Origin: Clostridia bacterium | GTDB taxonomy: Bacteria; Bacillota; Peptococcia; Peptococcales; BICA1-8 | Direction of reading: 5' to 3' | Length of the DNA: 61,944 nucleotides | NCBI GenBank assembly: GCA_030154225.1 | Contig: JASKKI010000005.1 | Span: 1 to 61,944, forward strand | In this document: positions 34,787 to 45,295 of the stretch, piece by piece | How positions within the stretch are numbered: position 1 is the stretch's first letter | Layout: the number at the start of each line of letters is the position of its first letter | Translations under genes and position numbers: made by a program | The notes under the pieces: model-generated | What the model was told of the DNA's origin: nothing | What the model saw: the letters and a program-made list of their open reading frames with translations, nothing else | Database searches by the model: none

Positions 34787-35257
34787 CTAACTAATATGAG
34801 GTCTAAAAACCCCTTGGAAAAACCTAATAGTCATTAAGAAAAATCCTAAAGGTGCAGCCAAATATGGTAAATACATAGGTATTCCCAGTGCTGGGGTAAC
34901 CTGACCTGTGGACATATTAAATTTCACAAGCTCCCAGGCATAGTAAGTCATTATAATACAAAAAATCCCACAAATAAAATTGGTAATACTGGCAACCACA
35001 CGTTTCCCATCGCTATTCACAAATTGTAAAAAGAAATCTATCCCCACATGAATACCTTTCCTTATACAAATGCTTCCACCTATGAATGCTGTCCAGACCA
35101 TTAAATAACGAATTACTTCTTCAGCCCAGGTTGTACTAGCCTTAAAAATATAACGCAAAACAACATTTATAAACAGAATTACCAGGGTGGAAAACAAAGC
35201 CAAGCCGCAAAAATACTCTTCTATATTATTAATTAGGCTGTTAATCCTGTTTTTCAT
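34787..35257 (-). CDS. dctQ: TRAP transporter small permease (DctQ family)
   Basis: 156 aa, 4 TM segments, located between the P and M components. Confidence 0.75.
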   Translation of the reverse strand: MKNRINSLINNIEEYFCGLALFSTLVILFINVVLRYIFKASTTWAEEVIRYLMVWTAFIGGSICIRKGIHVGIDFFLQFVNSDGKRVVASITNFICGIFCIIMTYYAWELVKFNMSTGQVTPALGIPMYLPYLAAPLGFFLMTIRFFQGVFRPHIS

Positions 35258-35331
35258 AATGAAGCATAACCTCCAATATTAATGGGTGCATAAACCCTTA
35301 AACCAGGATTTATGCACCATTTGATTATAAC

Positions 35332-36384
35332 TTATTTTAACTTATCAACAGCATCATAAATTTTTTGCAGTAAAGCTTTTTGTTTTTCAGTTTTAGAGAA
35401 TTCTTCGTGTACTGGAAGGGATGCTTCCCTGAATTTGGCTTTTTCTTCCGGATTTAATTCATAAACTTTTATACCAGAATTCTTGATTTGTTCTAAGAAT
35501 TTCACTTCATTTTCAGCAACAAGCTTACTTTCTTCCAGACTAGCTTCTTTATTGATATCTCTTAATAACTTTTGTAAATCCTGGGGCAATTTATCAAACC
35601 AGGTTTTATTGGCAACCATGATATAGGTCATATAACCATGACCACTTAAAATCATGGTGTTTTGTACTTCATAGAACTTATTAAGAGCGATAGTTTGAAG
35701 TGGGTTTTCTTGCCCCTCAACTACCCCCTGCTGTAAAGCATTGTATAATTCTGCATATTCAATAGGGATGGGATTTGCTCCCCAGGCTTTATACTGGGCA
35801 ATTAAAAGGGGTGAAGGCATAACCCTCATTTTAACACCTTTAAAATCTTCTGGAACGTGAATTTCTTTATTATTAGTAGTAAAATGTTTGGCTCCACCGT
35901 TCCAGAATCCCAAGCCTACCATGTTCTTTTCAACCATGGAAGCCAGAATCTCATCACCTACTTTACTATTGGCTACCTTTAAAAGGATATCACTTGTGGG
36001 GAATAACCATGGTAAATCCATTAACTGCACATCTGGGGTAAAAGGAGTTAATACGGCAACGGGCTGTAAGGTCATCTCCATAGAACCTATTTGTACACCC
36101 TCCGCCTGCTCCCTCATTGATCCCAGTTGCATTGACGGAAAAATCTGTACTTCAAACCTACCATTGGACTGTTCCTCCAATTTTTTCTTAAATATTTCAC
36201 AACCTTTATATTCGGGACTTTCAATAGGTTGGTTTATTCCTAAACGGATAACATACTTTTCTTGTTTTTCTTGAGCTGGTTGTTCCGTTTGTTGCTTATT
36301 ATCTTCGGTCTTTTTAGCACAACCCGTAAAAGTTAAACTTAAAAGCAGCAAACCAATTAATAAACATAAACCTAGCTTTCTCAT
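35332..36384 (-). CDS. dctP: TRAP transporter substrate-binding lipoprotein (DctP family)
   Basis: Lipobox LTFTGC and DctP-like length and motifs. Confidence 0.8.
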   Translation of the reverse strand: MRKLGLCLLIGLLLLSLTFTGCAKKTEDNKQQTEQPAQEKQEKYVIRLGINQPIESPEYKGCEIFKKKLEEQSNGRFEVQIFPSMQLGSMREQAEGVQIGSMEMTLQPVAVLTPFTPDVQLMDLPWLFPTSDILLKVANSKVGDEILASMVEKNMVGLGFWNGGAKHFTTNNKEIHVPEDFKGVKMRVMPSPLLIAQYKAWGANPIPIEYAELYNALQQGVVEGQENPLQTIALNKFYEVQNTMILSGHGYMTYIMVANKTWFDKLPQDLQKLLRDINKEASLEESKLVAENEVKFLEQIKNSGIKVYELNPEEKAKFREASLPVHEEFSKTEKQKALLQKIYDAVDKLK

Positions 36385-36420
36385 AAAATTTTTCCTCCTT
36401 TTTTAATTAAAAATTAATAT

Positions 36421-37332
36421 TTAGGCTTTGAGAGCCCCTACAAGCTCTCTAATATCTTTTATTCCTTCTTTATCTAACCATTCTTCCAGCCCTGTAATTA
36501 CCTCTAAAGGTGTGAAAGGATTAACAAAGTTTCCGGCTCCGATTGCCACAGCCGAAGCTCCTGCAAGCATAAATTCTATAGCGTCTTCAAAACTTGTTAT
36601 CCCCCCCATCCCTATAATGGGAACTTTTACCGCTTTAGAGACCTGATATACCATTCTGACGGCTACAGGCTTTACTGCCGGTCCCGATAAGCCCCCCAAT
36701 ACGTTAGCCAAAACAGGGCGACGATTTTTAATATCAATAGCCATACCTAAAATTGTATTGATTAATGATACGGCATCAGCCCCTTCACTCTCTACAGCCC
36801 TGGCAATTTCTGTTATGTCAGTAACATTGGGAGATAATTTGACAATAAGGGGTAATTTGGTCTTGGCCCTGACCCTTTTGACCACCAAGGCAGCAGTATT
36901 AGGATCTGTTCCAAAGGCCATACCCCCTCCTTTAACATTAGGACAAGAAATATTGATTTCCAAGGCATCAACACCTGGTACCCCATCCAGGCGGGTAGCC
37001 ATTTCTTCAAATTCATCAAAGGAATAACCGGAAATATTAGCGATGATAGCTACATCAAATTGTCGCAGCCAGGGAATTTCCTCTTCAATAACTCTGTCTA
37101 TACCTGGGTTTTGCAATCCTATGCTGTTTAGTATTCCTGCCGGTGTTTCAGCAAGGCGGGGTGTAGGATTACCAAGCCTGGGTTCTAATGTTGTCCCCTT
37201 GGTCATAATTCCACCCAGCCGGCTTATATCATAAAGCCGGTTATATTCCTGTCCAAACCCATAACATCCAGAAGCAGTAAGAACAGGATTTTTTAATTTT
37301 ATTCCAGCAACTTCTACTGCTAAATTAGTCAT
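36421..37332 (-). CDS. pyrD: dihydroorotate dehydrogenase B, catalytic subunit
   Basis: ATG at 37332 overlaps the pyrK stop (ATGACTAA). Contains [15 protein letters not shown] and class 1B features. Confidence 0.9.
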   Translation of the reverse strand: MTNLAVEVAGIKLKNPVLTASGCYGFGQEYNRLYDISRLGGIMTKGTTLEPRLGNPTPRLAETPAGILNSIGLQNPGIDRVIEEEIPWLRQFDVAIIANISGYSFDEFEEMATRLDGVPGVDALEINISCPNVKGGGMAFGTDPNTAALVVKRVRAKTKLPLIVKLSPNVTDITEIARAVESEGADAVSLINTILGMAIDIKNRRPVLANVLGGLSGPAVKPVAVRMVYQVSKAVKVPIIGMGGITSFEDAIEFMLAGASAVAIGAGNFVNPFTPLEVITGLEEWLDKEGIKDIRELVGALKA

Positions 37333-38116
37333 CAATAATCACCTCACTGCTGGTAAAGACCGGGCCATCATGACAAACCTTTTTATAGGTAATAGTACCA
37401 TCTTCATTACGAACTTTACAAGCACAGCCCAAGCAAGCCCCAATTCCACAAGCCATACGTTCTTCCAGAGAAACCTGGCAGGGAATCAAATTTTCCTTGG
37501 TTAATTTAATTACCCCTTTGGTCATGGGTAAAGGTCCACAACAATATACCTGATCAATTTTTGTATTAAGAATAAACTCCTGCAAAATTTCAGTTACAAA
37601 CCCTTTTGTCCCATACGATCCATCATCTGTGGTTACCTGAACTTTACATCCCAATTGCTGGAAATCGGCTACACATAATAACTTTTCTCGGGTCTGGGCT
37701 CCTAGTAAAACATAAACTTCTTTACCGTCCTTAACCAGTTCTTCAGCTAAAGCCGGTAAAGGTGCAATACCACATCCTCCACCAACAATAGCTACTTTTT
37801 TATAATCTTTTTTCCAGTAAAAACCATTTCCTAGAGGACCCATGACTTCAAGCTCACCCTGGGTTATCTGGCTTAATAAATTAGTACCTCTACCAATAAC
37901 TTGATAAACCAGTGCTATGGTACCTTCAGCCTTATTAATCCTGTGTATACTTATAGGACGTTTTAATAATGGATCTAAAGTATTTGAAGTCTTTAACATC
38001 ACAAACTGCCCAGGTTCTGCTTCCCTGGCTATGGAAGGTACAGCTAACACCATGCGATAAAAATCAGGTAAAATTTTCTGATTCTCTAAAATTATAGCCT
38101 TAATTGAGAATACCAT
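37325..38116 (-). CDS. pyrK: dihydroorotate dehydrogenase B, electron-transfer subunit
   Basis: ATG at 38116 after AGGGGGGAA. C-terminal Cys cluster C-x5-C-x2-C...C for a 2Fe-2S centre. Confidence 0.85.
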   Translation of the reverse strand: MVFSIKAIILENQKILPDFYRMVLAVPSIAREAEPGQFVMLKTSNTLDPLLKRPISIHRINKAEGTIALVYQVIGRGTNLLSQITQGELEVMGPLGNGFYWKKDYKKVAIVGGGCGIAPLPALAEELVKDGKEVYVLLGAQTREKLLCVADFQQLGCKVQVTTDDGSYGTKGFVTEILQEFILNTKIDQVYCCGPLPMTKGVIKLTKENLIPCQVSLEERMACGIGACLGCACKVRNEDGTITYKKVCHDGPVFTSSEVIIDD

Positions 38117-39422
38117 CACTAATTCCCCCCTTTTTCCAATCCTCGCCCATCCAAACAATTTTTCCTCCTACCATGGTCAAAACAGCTTTCCCTTTAAGCT
38201 GCCAGCCGTTAAATGGCGTATTCTTTCCTTTGGAATAAAACTGGTTGGAATCCACAACCCACTCTTTTTCTAAGTCAAGTATGGTAATATCGGCATCATA
38301 CCCAATAGCTAATCTACCTTTGTTTTTCAATCCGAATATTTCCGCCGGCCTGATGGTCCAGGCTCTAATAGCTTCATTTAATGTAATTATATCCTTATCA
38401 ACTAAATGAGTAAGTACCAGTCCCACTCCTGTTTCTAAGCCAACAATCCCGTTAGCGGCATTGGTTAAATTAACCTCTTTTTCTTCTAAACTATGGGGTG
38501 CATGGTCTGTGGCTATACAATCAATAGTGCCATCCCTGAGGGCTTCCCTTAAAGCCTCAACATCCTTTTTTGTTCGTAAAGGAGGCCGCATTTTACCATT
38601 TGAACCAACTTTTAAAACATCTTCCTCGGTTAAAATCAAATGATGGGGAGTTACCTCAGCAGTAACCCTAATACCTTGTTCTTTTGCCTGTCGAACAAGG
38701 CGGGCTGCTTCGGCGGTACTTATATGACCAATATGAATATGTCCACCGGTACGGGCAGCCAGCAGTATATCCCTGGCTACGATAATGCTTTCCGATACAT
38801 CAGGATCCCCTTTTACCCCCATCCTAAAAGCAATATCTCCATCATTGATGACGGTTCCCGAAGACAAATACATATCTTCGGCATGTTGGCTAATTGGTAA
38901 ACCTAAATCTTTGGATCTTAACAAAGCCCTGTACATTAGCTCCGCATTTTGAACTACCCTGCCGTCATCAGACAGGGCAACCACACCTGCCTCTTTCAAG
39001 GAGTAAAAATCAGTAAGAGCTCTACCCTCGGATTCCAAGGTAATGGCCCCTATGGGATAAACATTGACATAAGCTTCTTTTTGGACTCTATTCATAAAAT
39101 TTTCAATTAGCTCAGGATTATCCAGAACAGGAATGGTATTGGGCATACAGGCAATACTGGTAAAACCCCCTCCGGCTGCAGCCAAGGTACCTGTAGCCAG
39201 CGTTTCTTTATAAGTCAGGCCGGGATCTCGCAAATGTACGTGCAAATCTATAAATCCGGGACAAATAACCTTGCCCCGCCCATCAATTATTTCAACATTT
39301 TCATTAATTGCGATATCTGTATCTAAAGCTTTTATTTTGCGGTTTTCAATAAGAATATCTACTATTTTATCTAGGTTATCTGCCGGATCGATGACCCTAC
39401 CACCTTTGATTAAAATTTTCAT
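38100..39422 (-). CDS. pyrC: dihydroorotase, second copy
   Basis: Motifs DLHVHLRDPG and ATDHAPH. Roughly half the residues are identical to the copy at 59108..60394, judged by eye. Confidence 0.85.
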   Translation of the reverse strand: MKILIKGGRVIDPADNLDKIVDILIENRKIKALDTDIAINENVEIIDGRGKVICPGFIDLHVHLRDPGLTYKETLATGTLAAAGGGFTSIACMPNTIPVLDNPELIENFMNRVQKEAYVNVYPIGAITLESEGRALTDFYSLKEAGVVALSDDGRVVQNAELMYRALLRSKDLGLPISQHAEDMYLSSGTVINDGDIAFRMGVKGDPDVSESIIVARDILLAARTGGHIHIGHISTAEAARLVRQAKEQGIRVTAEVTPHHLILTEEDVLKVGSNGKMRPPLRTKKDVEALREALRDGTIDCIATDHAPHSLEEKEVNLTNAANGIVGLETGVGLVLTHLVDKDIITLNEAIRAWTIRPAEIFGLKNKGRLAIGYDADITILDLEKEWVVDSNQFYSKGKNTPFNGWQLKGKAVLTMVGGKIVWMGEDWKKGGISDGILN

Positions 39423-39563
39423 CAATACCGCTCCTATTTGATAGAGTAATGTGACTTTTAAGATATAGTGTTATATAATAGTTCAAGATTTTTTTTCGCA
39501 AACCTTTGCATTAATTGGCTAAACATAATGGCGGCCATTTATCTAAATGTGATAACTTATTTT

Positions 39564-40775
39564 CTATTTTCTTTTTTCATTTACTTCTAAAATCTTGAGG
39601 CTCAGGAAAAGAATTAACCTGGCTTCACCTGAATCCAAATCCATTCCTGTAATTTCACTTATTCTTTTTAAGCGGTATTGAAGTGTCTTATAATGGACAT
39701 ATAATTCATTGGCCGTTTTCTGGCTGTTTCCGGCATTTTTTAAATAACATTTTAAAGTTTTTACCAGTTCTGTACCTTGTTCCCGGTCATAGTCCAGTAA
39801 ATTTCTTAAACCTTTGGGTATATAATCCCAAACATTATCTTGAAGGGCAAATTTATGGATTAACCTGTATACTCCGATATCAGAAAAAAATGTGCAGGAG
39901 TTTTCCCCCCAGTATTTAAGTCCGAATTCCACGGCTTCTTCAGCCTGCAGGTAACTTTTTCTGGCCTCTAAAAGATTGGAAAAACTTTCTCCAATACCTA
40001 TACAAACAGGCTTTTTAAATACTGTAGAAAAAACACCTTTTAAATGAACAAAAAAGTCACGTAAATAAAAATCATCATTACCTTCTAAATCTATCAAGAG
40101 GACAATACGATTATTGGCTATGGTCGCTATTATACTGTACCCTTCTTTAAGGAGTCCTTTTTCCAATGGCTTTAGAATTCTGCTAAGCTCATCGGTAACA
40201 ACTTTTTTGATAAGCTGGATAATAGCCATGGTATAATTACTGGAAACGGACAAACCTAATAAACCGATGCGTCTTTTAGCAACAGTCTCTGATTTAATAT
40301 GATTCAAAAGCAAGTCTTCAACAAAATTATCCCGCAGGCTTCTTTCCAGGTCATTTATTATACTGTGTTCTAATGTACGCTCATTTTCCTTTGTAATAAT
40401 CTCAGCCATAATGGGGCGAATTATATCTTTATATGTAACCCCTGGTTCAAATTTAATTAAAGGCAAATTATTACTATTGGCAGCATCCAACATTGCCTGG
40501 GGAATAGTTTTTAAAAATCTCTCGGCTTTTATAGCCAGGGCAGCAATACCTTTAGATGCTAACTGGTTTATCAAATCTTTCTGTTCATCTTCATTTTTTG
40601 GTAGGGCAAAACCACTAGTCAATACCAATTCTTTTCCTTTTAACCACTGGATAATATCTGGAACTTCAAAAACCGTTACGTATTCAATTTCCCTATTTAA
40701 ACCACTAGCCCCGGCTATAACTTTGGCACCCTTTAATCCACCAATTTCTAAGGCTTCCTGCACACTAATTCCCAT
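39564..40775 (-). CDS. PucR-family transcriptional regulator
   Basis: C-terminal HTH region NSQKTANELYVHYKTLQYRLKRISEITG. Confidence 0.75.
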   Translation of the reverse strand: MGISVQEALEIGGLKGAKVIAGASGLNREIEYVTVFEVPDIIQWLKGKELVLTSGFALPKNEDEQKDLINQLASKGIAALAIKAERFLKTIPQAMLDAANSNNLPLIKFEPGVTYKDIIRPIMAEIITKENERTLEHSIINDLERSLRDNFVEDLLLNHIKSETVAKRRIGLLGLSVSSNYTMAIIQLIKKVVTDELSRILKPLEKGLLKEGYSIIATIANNRIVLLIDLEGNDDFYLRDFFVHLKGVFSTVFKKPVCIGIGESFSNLLEARKSYLQAEEAVEFGLKYWGENSCTFFSDIGVYRLIHKFALQDNVWDYIPKGLRNLLDYDREQGTELVKTLKCYLKNAGNSQKTANELYVHYKTLQYRLKRISEITGMDLDSGEARLILFLSLKILEVNEKRK

Positions 40776-41163
40776 AATACTACCCCCAAAATTCGGAAAA
40801 CAAAAATTATTTTCCCTGATTCCTTGGTATTAAGTTCTGATAGGTAAAAGTGTTCCTACTAAAGACAAGTATTCTCTCCTGATAGAGGCTGTTCATGTCA
40901 TTGCTTAATACGTTCATGTTATAAAAAGCAGTAAAAGAAATTCCTCCGATTCATTTCATTCCCCTCCCTGTAGTTATATAATTCTCTTTAGAGTTAATGA
41001 TCAGGTTGATTATGCCCTCCATATATTCAATTATATGGGGAATTCTTATAGGCTTGCGCCCCTGCCTTTTGACAGGTTTGCCTTTTGCAATACTGATTTT
41101 TATAGCTTTTTGTAGGACTGTGATTCTAATACTTTAATCCTATTGTAATATTATACTGTCTTT

Positions 41164-41298
41164 TCAACAACTTTTTGGGTTTTTTGTCTTCAAAACAAAC
41201 ACCACTTCTACCAACGATACTACCCTGAGACACTCCACCAGCCCCGCAAATAATTTTTCATCAAATTCCTCCACCATATCACCTTCCCATAGAACTTT
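41164..41298 (-). pseudogene. possible relic of a large serine recombinase C-terminus
   Basis: Short frame KVLWEGDMVEEFDEKLFAGLVECLRVVSLVEVVFVLKTKNPKSC. It resembles the ...FDE.LF..L.E...V.S...V.FVFK... tail of clostridial recombinases as recalled. Confidence 0.25.
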
Positions 41299-41362
41299 TC
41301 AATCTACTCCACCCTTTAGGTTTCTAAAATTCTAATTAATTGGCAACAACTTAACTATAAGG

Positions 41363-41388
41363 AAAAAAATTAGGGGAAAAGCCCCCCT
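41363..41388 (-). terminator. terminator at the end of the nif cluster
   Basis: On the minus strand, a GGGG...CCCC stem followed by AATTTTTTT. Confidence 0.5.
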
Positions 41389-42217
41389 ATACCACCTTTA
41401 TAAATGAGTTCGGACCTTTACCATTAATAATACTGGTTATTTCACTTATCAATTGTTTAATGATTTTCTGGTCAGTATGGGGTCGTAAATTAAATATACC
41501 TTCTAACCCCTGTAAAAATTTTAAATAATCACAGTTTCCCGCTCTTTCACCAATTCCACCTATTGTACAGTCTATATACCCAACTCCTACAGCTACCGCA
41601 CCAAGAGAATTTGCCACCGCCATTCCAAAGTCATTATGGGTATGAATACCTAGGTAAGTATTAATATTGCTAACCAGAACAGGAAATTCACGGTAAACCC
41701 TTTGGGGGTGTAAAACTCCTACAGTATCGGCATATCTTACCATTTGGACTCCTTCTCTTGCAGCTATTTTTCCTATTTCAATTAAGAAATCTAGATCAGC
41801 TCTTGAAGCATCTTCTAAACCTATGTTAACTTCAAACCCTTTTTTCCTAGCAAAATATATACATTTTTGCATTTCATTCATAACCCATTTTCTATCTTTG
41901 TTAAGCTTGAAATAGATTTGAAAATCTGAGGCAGGTACTGAGATATGGATTATATCCGCCCAACAGTCCACAGCGTGTTTGATATCCTTAAGATTCATTC
42001 TATTCCAGGTTGATATTTTACTTTTTAGATTTAATTCTACTATTTTTTCTATACTCTTTTTTTCTTGTCCTCCCATGGCAGGAGTTCCCGCTTCAATCTG
42101 GTCAATACCGATTTTGGAAAGTAGTTTAGCGATCTCTATTTTTTCTCTGATACCTAGAGCTATACCAGGCCTTTGCTCTCCATCACGCAATGTAGTATCA
42201 ATTATTTTTACCTGCAT
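41387..42217 (-). CDS. nifV: homocitrate synthase, alpha-type catalytic subunit
   Basis: MQVKIIDTTLRDGEQ starts at the ATG at 42217, after GAAGGGA. The track ORF extends to a TTG at 42382 without family-like sequence. Confidence 0.75.
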   Translation of the reverse strand: MQVKIIDTTLRDGEQRPGIALGIREKIEIAKLLSKIGIDQIEAGTPAMGGQEKKSIEKIVELNLKSKISTWNRMNLKDIKHAVDCWADIIHISVPASDFQIYFKLNKDRKWVMNEMQKCIYFARKKGFEVNIGLEDASRADLDFLIEIGKIAAREGVQMVRYADTVGVLHPQRVYREFPVLVSNINTYLGIHTHNDFGMAVANSLGAVAVGVGYIDCTIGGIGERAGNCDYLKFLQGLEGIFNLRPHTDQKIIKQLISEITSIINGKGPNSFIKVV

Positions 42218-42372
42218 ATTTATCCCTTCTTTGAACAATCGTCCTTCGGACGACTTGTAATGACTAGTGACTGATACATGGCTTTTATCATATCTTCTAG
42301 TATGTTGTACAACGTATTTCTTGCTGAAAGTTAGGCGCACTTTTTCTTTCATCTTCTTCCCGTTTTTAGTGG

Positions 42373-43413
42373 CTAGTGGCAAAGATTTGCAAGTTCATGG
42401 TCAGATATTTCCCGCTTTAGAATAATACTCATTTTTTTAATTTTATTTAAAATTTCAGGAATATCTTTTTCATCATAAGTAATTTTAAGCTCCTTTAATT
42501 TACAAATTACTGCTTTTTTCCCTGAATGCTTTCCGATTACCAGCTTTCGTTCAAGCCCCACCATTTCCGGCTGATATGGTTCATAAGTCATTGAATTTTT
42601 TTCTATACCATCAGCGTGAATACCGGACTCGTATTTAAAAATGTTCTTACCTATAACCGGCTTATCATTGGCAATTGTTTCTCCCACTAAATCTTCAAAT
42701 TTCCTTTTCAAACTCTGCAAAAGACTAAAATCAGCCGAAATCTCATATCCTTTAATAACTTTTGCTGCCATTAGTAACTCTTCCAGGGGAGCATAACCAC
42801 CAATCCCATTAAAGCTTGCAGAAATAAAAGAAATACCGGTTATGGTGCCCGGCAAATCCAAAGCTATAGATGTTGCCAGGCAGTATTCATTTTCTGGACA
42901 AATGTCGATTCCAATATCCAATTTTTTTGTAATCTTTTGAATTAAAGTTTGCCAATGGGCTGCCATATACCGGCTTAGCCCCTGTATTCTGAGATAATTA
43001 ATATTGTTAAACTTAAAGTATTTATCTTCTATAAGCTCTTCAAACTGGTCTATTGTATTTCCTTTACATTCCAGAATGATTTTACAATCTTTAAATTTAT
43101 TCTTTTTTTGTTTGAATTCCTTTAATAGGTTTTCCCCTACGGTTAATACACAAAACTTTACACTTTCTTGCAAAGAGTAAAGTTCTAAATCATCTTCACT
43201 CTCCAGCTGCATGATAAATTCTATATCAGGTGCAAGTACAGCTATTTTTTTCATAATCTTTCCGTTTATTTCAATCAAGTCCACACCTATTTTCTTGAGC
43301 AGCCGGCAAAAAATTAATACTTCCTCTTCTGTAAACTGTTTTTTTATTTTTGACAGCTCAGTAAGGGTCCTGTCAATGATTAAGCAAGGCTTTTTATTAA
43401 TCAATACTGCCAT
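42373..43413 (-). CDS. nifV: homocitrate synthase omega-type subunit (NifV-omega-like)
   Basis: LeuA/NifV-like fold but IIDRTLTE replaces the DGEQ motif. Position matches clostridial nifV-omega/alpha pairs. Confidence 0.6.
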   Translation of the reverse strand: MAVLINKKPCLIIDRTLTELSKIKKQFTEEEVLIFCRLLKKIGVDLIEINGKIMKKIAVLAPDIEFIMQLESEDDLELYSLQESVKFCVLTVGENLLKEFKQKKNKFKDCKIILECKGNTIDQFEELIEDKYFKFNNINYLRIQGLSRYMAAHWQTLIQKITKKLDIGIDICPENEYCLATSIALDLPGTITGISFISASFNGIGGYAPLEELLMAAKVIKGYEISADFSLLQSLKRKFEDLVGETIANDKPVIGKNIFKYESGIHADGIEKNSMTYEPYQPEMVGLERKLVIGKHSGKKAVICKLKELKITYDEKDIPEILNKIKKMSIILKREISDHELANLCH

Positions 43414-44040
43414 TTATACTACCTTCTTTGTGATTAAAACTCTGATTTTACCGGGGGAAGCTTCTAGCTCCTGCATAGCTAGATTAGCACTTAATAAAAA
43501 TCCAGACAGCCAGAGGGGAACATGATTACACTCAATTTCTATAGAACTAAATTCTCCTTTGGCCAGGAAAGGCATTAGAACCTGTTTGGAAGTAACCTTT
43601 GTATTATTTTCTTGAATTTCTTTAAGGGAGACCTTATAATTTCCCCGGGAAATTTCTGTTGGAGTAAATTGCTTTTTATTTTCTGGCTGGTCTAATCTTT
43701 TTAAATTTACTTCCTCTTCCTTTTCTAAAATATAATTTAGAAATTCAAGGGGCTTACCTCTACATTCCCAAACACTGATATTTGCTTTTTCCAGTATATA
43801 ATAAGGAATACCTACTACTGAATACCCTACGAAAGTATTACAATCATCTAAAAAAGATATTATTTCTTCCATCTTTATCCGTAGATATTTAAGAGCTGAT
43901 ATCTGATCCAGATTAAAATTTTTCTCTTTAAGTTCAAGCCACTTGTCCTCTCTTTTTTGATAAATCATAATTTTGCCTTTTTCAGAAAGGTTAGCGGTTT
44001 CACCGTTTTCGCCAACATAAACTGCTATCTTTCGAGGCAT
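43414..44040 (-). CDS. AnfO-like nitrogenase accessory protein
   Basis: ATG at 44040 after GGGGGAG. The N-terminus KIAVYVGENGETANLSEKGKIMIYQK...W resembles the AnfO family as recalled. Confidence 0.45.
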   Translation of the reverse strand: MPRKIAVYVGENGETANLSEKGKIMIYQKREDKWLELKEKNFNLDQISALKYLRIKMEEIISFLDDCNTFVGYSVVGIPYYILEKANISVWECRGKPLEFLNYILEKEEEVNLKRLDQPENKKQFTPTEISRGNYKVSLKEIQENNTKVTSKQVLMPFLAKGEFSSIEIECNHVPLWLSGFLLSANLAMQELEASPGKIRVLITKKVV

Positions 44041-44058
44041 TATTAACACTCCCCCGGA

Positions 44059-44367
44059 TTATATTTCCAACCTTTTAACCACATTACCGCCTTCTATATG
44101 TTCATCCATAATTTCTTCAACATCCTTAGGCTTAACGGAGCCATACCAGACATTATCTGGATAAATAACAACAATAGGCCCTTTATCACAGATAGCAAAA
44201 CAACCGGTATTAGAAACATAAACCTCCCCTTCTAACTCCCGCTCCTCAATTTCCTCCATAAACTTCATTACAATCTCCACACCCGCATTAGAATGGCAGT
44301 ATCCTTTTTGTTGGCCGTTTACCCTGGAACTTGTACAGACAAATATATGATATTTGGGTTTTTTCAT
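44059..44367 (-). CDS. thioredoxin-like [2Fe-2S] ferredoxin
   Basis: 102 aa. Cys pattern HIFVC...C...C..C as in the clostridial 2Fe-2S ferredoxin. Confidence 0.7.
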   Translation of the reverse strand: MKKPKYHIFVCTSSRVNGQQKGYCHSNAGVEIVMKFMEEIEERELEGEVYVSNTGCFAICDKGPIVVIYPDNVWYGSVKPKDVEEIMDEHIEGGNVVKRLEI

Positions 44368-44386
44368 AATTTTTCAACTCCTTTAA

Positions 44387-45280
44387 TCAAACTGCTTTCT
44401 TTCCTTTAAGTTCTTTCCTCAGGCAGAATTCTCTCGATCTATCTTCACCCAATAAACCGACTGCATCTGCCCGGCATTGCTTACAGTGCCGCATTTGCAG
44501 CAAATCAACCTGACAACGATTTCGCATCAGATTAAGTTCTTTCTCATCAGTCTGCGGCAGGTTGGCAAAAGCACTTCCTGGTGCAGGTATTAACGGCATA
44601 ATATTGGTTATATAAGCACCTAGCTCTTTTACTTTTTTTACTATATGGGGAATCTGAATATCATTTATTCCTTTAATCATAACTATATTGACCTTCACCA
44701 CTACTCCCTGCCGGGCTAAAGATTGTATACCCTCCAACTGGTTTTCCAGTAAAATTTTTGCTCCTTCTTTTCCGGTATATTTTTTACCCCGGTAATTAAT
44801 ATACTTATATATTTTGGCTCCTATTTCCGGCTTAATGGAGTTTAAGGTTACGGTTACATGGTTAATCCCCAGTGCAAAAAATTGCTGAAAATAGTCTGGA
44901 AGCAACAAACCATTGGTAGATAAACAAAATATTATTTGCTTATCAACCTTTTTAATTAATTTTATGGTTTCTTTTGTCTTATCCCAATTTGCCAATGCAT
45001 CTCCAGGTCCTGCAATACCTACAACACTTAGATTGTTTAGTCTCTCTTTTACTAAAATGAATCTTTCACACGCTTCTTGGGGTGAAAGAATTTGACTGGT
45101 AACTCCCGGCCTGCTTTCATTGACACAATCAAATTTTCTTCTGCAGTAATTACATTGAATATTACACTTGGGTGCTACAGGTAAATGCATGCGAGCATAA
45201 TGATTATGGGCATCTGCCGAGTAGCAGGGGTGCTTACTGGTTTGTTGGTCTTTATTACCTATACAGGATTGACAACTCAT
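44387..45280 (-). CDS. nifB: nitrogenase cofactor biosynthesis radical SAM protein NifB (stand-alone, no NifX domain)
   Basis: Motif CNIQCNYCRRKFDC. ATG at 45280 lies 6 nt after GAGGTG. Confidence 0.85.
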   Translation of the reverse strand: MSCQSCIGNKDQQTSKHPCYSADAHNHYARMHLPVAPKCNIQCNYCRRKFDCVNESRPGVTSQILSPQEACERFILVKERLNNLSVVGIAGPGDALANWDKTKETIKLIKKVDKQIIFCLSTNGLLLPDYFQQFFALGINHVTVTLNSIKPEIGAKIYKYINYRGKKYTGKEGAKILLENQLEGIQSLARQGVVVKVNIVMIKGINDIQIPHIVKKVKELGAYITNIMPLIPAPGSAFANLPQTDEKELNLMRNRCQVDLLQMRHCKQCRADAVGLLGEDRSREFCLRKELKGKKAV

Positions 45281-45295
45281 TTTAATCACCTCAAT

